NCBI GenBank assembly: GCA_030248215.1
Contig: JASANG010000727.1
Span: forward strand, 124,001-188,000
Reading direction: 5' to 3'
Length of the DNA: 64,000 bases
DNA from: Enoplolaimus lenunculus
Taxonomy: Eukaryota
The number at the start of each line of letters is the position of its first letter. The first letter of the stretch is position 1. Below, piece after piece: positions 63,698 through 64,000 of this stretch. A program made the position numbers and the translations under genes. The notes beneath the pieces were generated by a model. That model was not told the origin of the DNA, did not search any database, and saw nothing but the letters and a program-made list of their open reading frames with translations.

Positions 63698-63911
63698 GGC
63701 CAATGTAAAGAACACGCGCGGAACAATATTTATAACCATATTCCTAAGCCTAAGTCTAAGCCTAGGCCTACGCCTAAGCGTAGGAATGAGGATATTCCTA
63801 AGTTTAAGCCTAAACCTACGCCTACGCCAATTAAAAAATAACTCTAAAGCTTAAGCGTACTCTATTGCAGTCCCAAAGAAAAACGTTCCGCCCCTGATCT
63901 GTACACGGGTT
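63698..63911. mobile_element. TTAGGC-bearing MITE, subfamily C (..AAACGTTCCGCCCCTGATCTTTACATGGGCC end)
   Basis: GGCCAATGTAAAGA left end, GCCTAA repeats, TSD CCTTACAG/CCTTATAG. Other C copies ~9225-9779, 28407-28753, 43742-44058, 44327-44572, 46495-46701. Confidence 0.75.
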
Positions 63912-64000
63912 CCTTATAGAAACGGCTGCGGACTGGATATAATACGTCTAGACTGATCCAGACAGAAATAAAGGGGATTTACAGGCGGAATCCGCGAAAC

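Overview
AT-rich eukaryotic genomic DNA, most likely a nematode (inferred from abundant (TTAGGC)n telomere-type repeats and TTTTCAG/TTTTTAG splice acceptors); no prokaryotic features or CRISPR array. Spliced gene models built by hand from GT..AG sites and reading-frame phase: a WDR55-like WD40 gene (+, 968-6844, with an unresolved in-frame TGA in exon 1), a 5-exon secreted, probably GPI-anchored protein made of five 4-Cys modules (+, 15110-20638), a 5-exon bestrophin (-, 37709-30190) and a 5-exon rhodopsin-class GPCR (-, 48910-41904). Two intronless secreted peptides (8726-8932, 25854-26096) share one 8-Cys framework resembling cysteine-stabilised alpha/beta defensins. The rest is dense in non-autonomous DNA transposons (MITEs): GG-terminated elements with 8-bp target duplications that carry telomeric TTAGGC tracts, TTAA-inserting elements with a tRNA-like Pol III head, and hAT-, EnSpm-, Tc1/mariner- and Harbinger-like families, plus mini/satellites. 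Most ORFs in the supplied track are repeat-derived artefacts. The most interesting signals are the defensin-like/Cys-rich secreted gene cluster and the telomere-repeat MITEs, whose TTAGGC tracts coincide with chimeric elements and an exon duplication.
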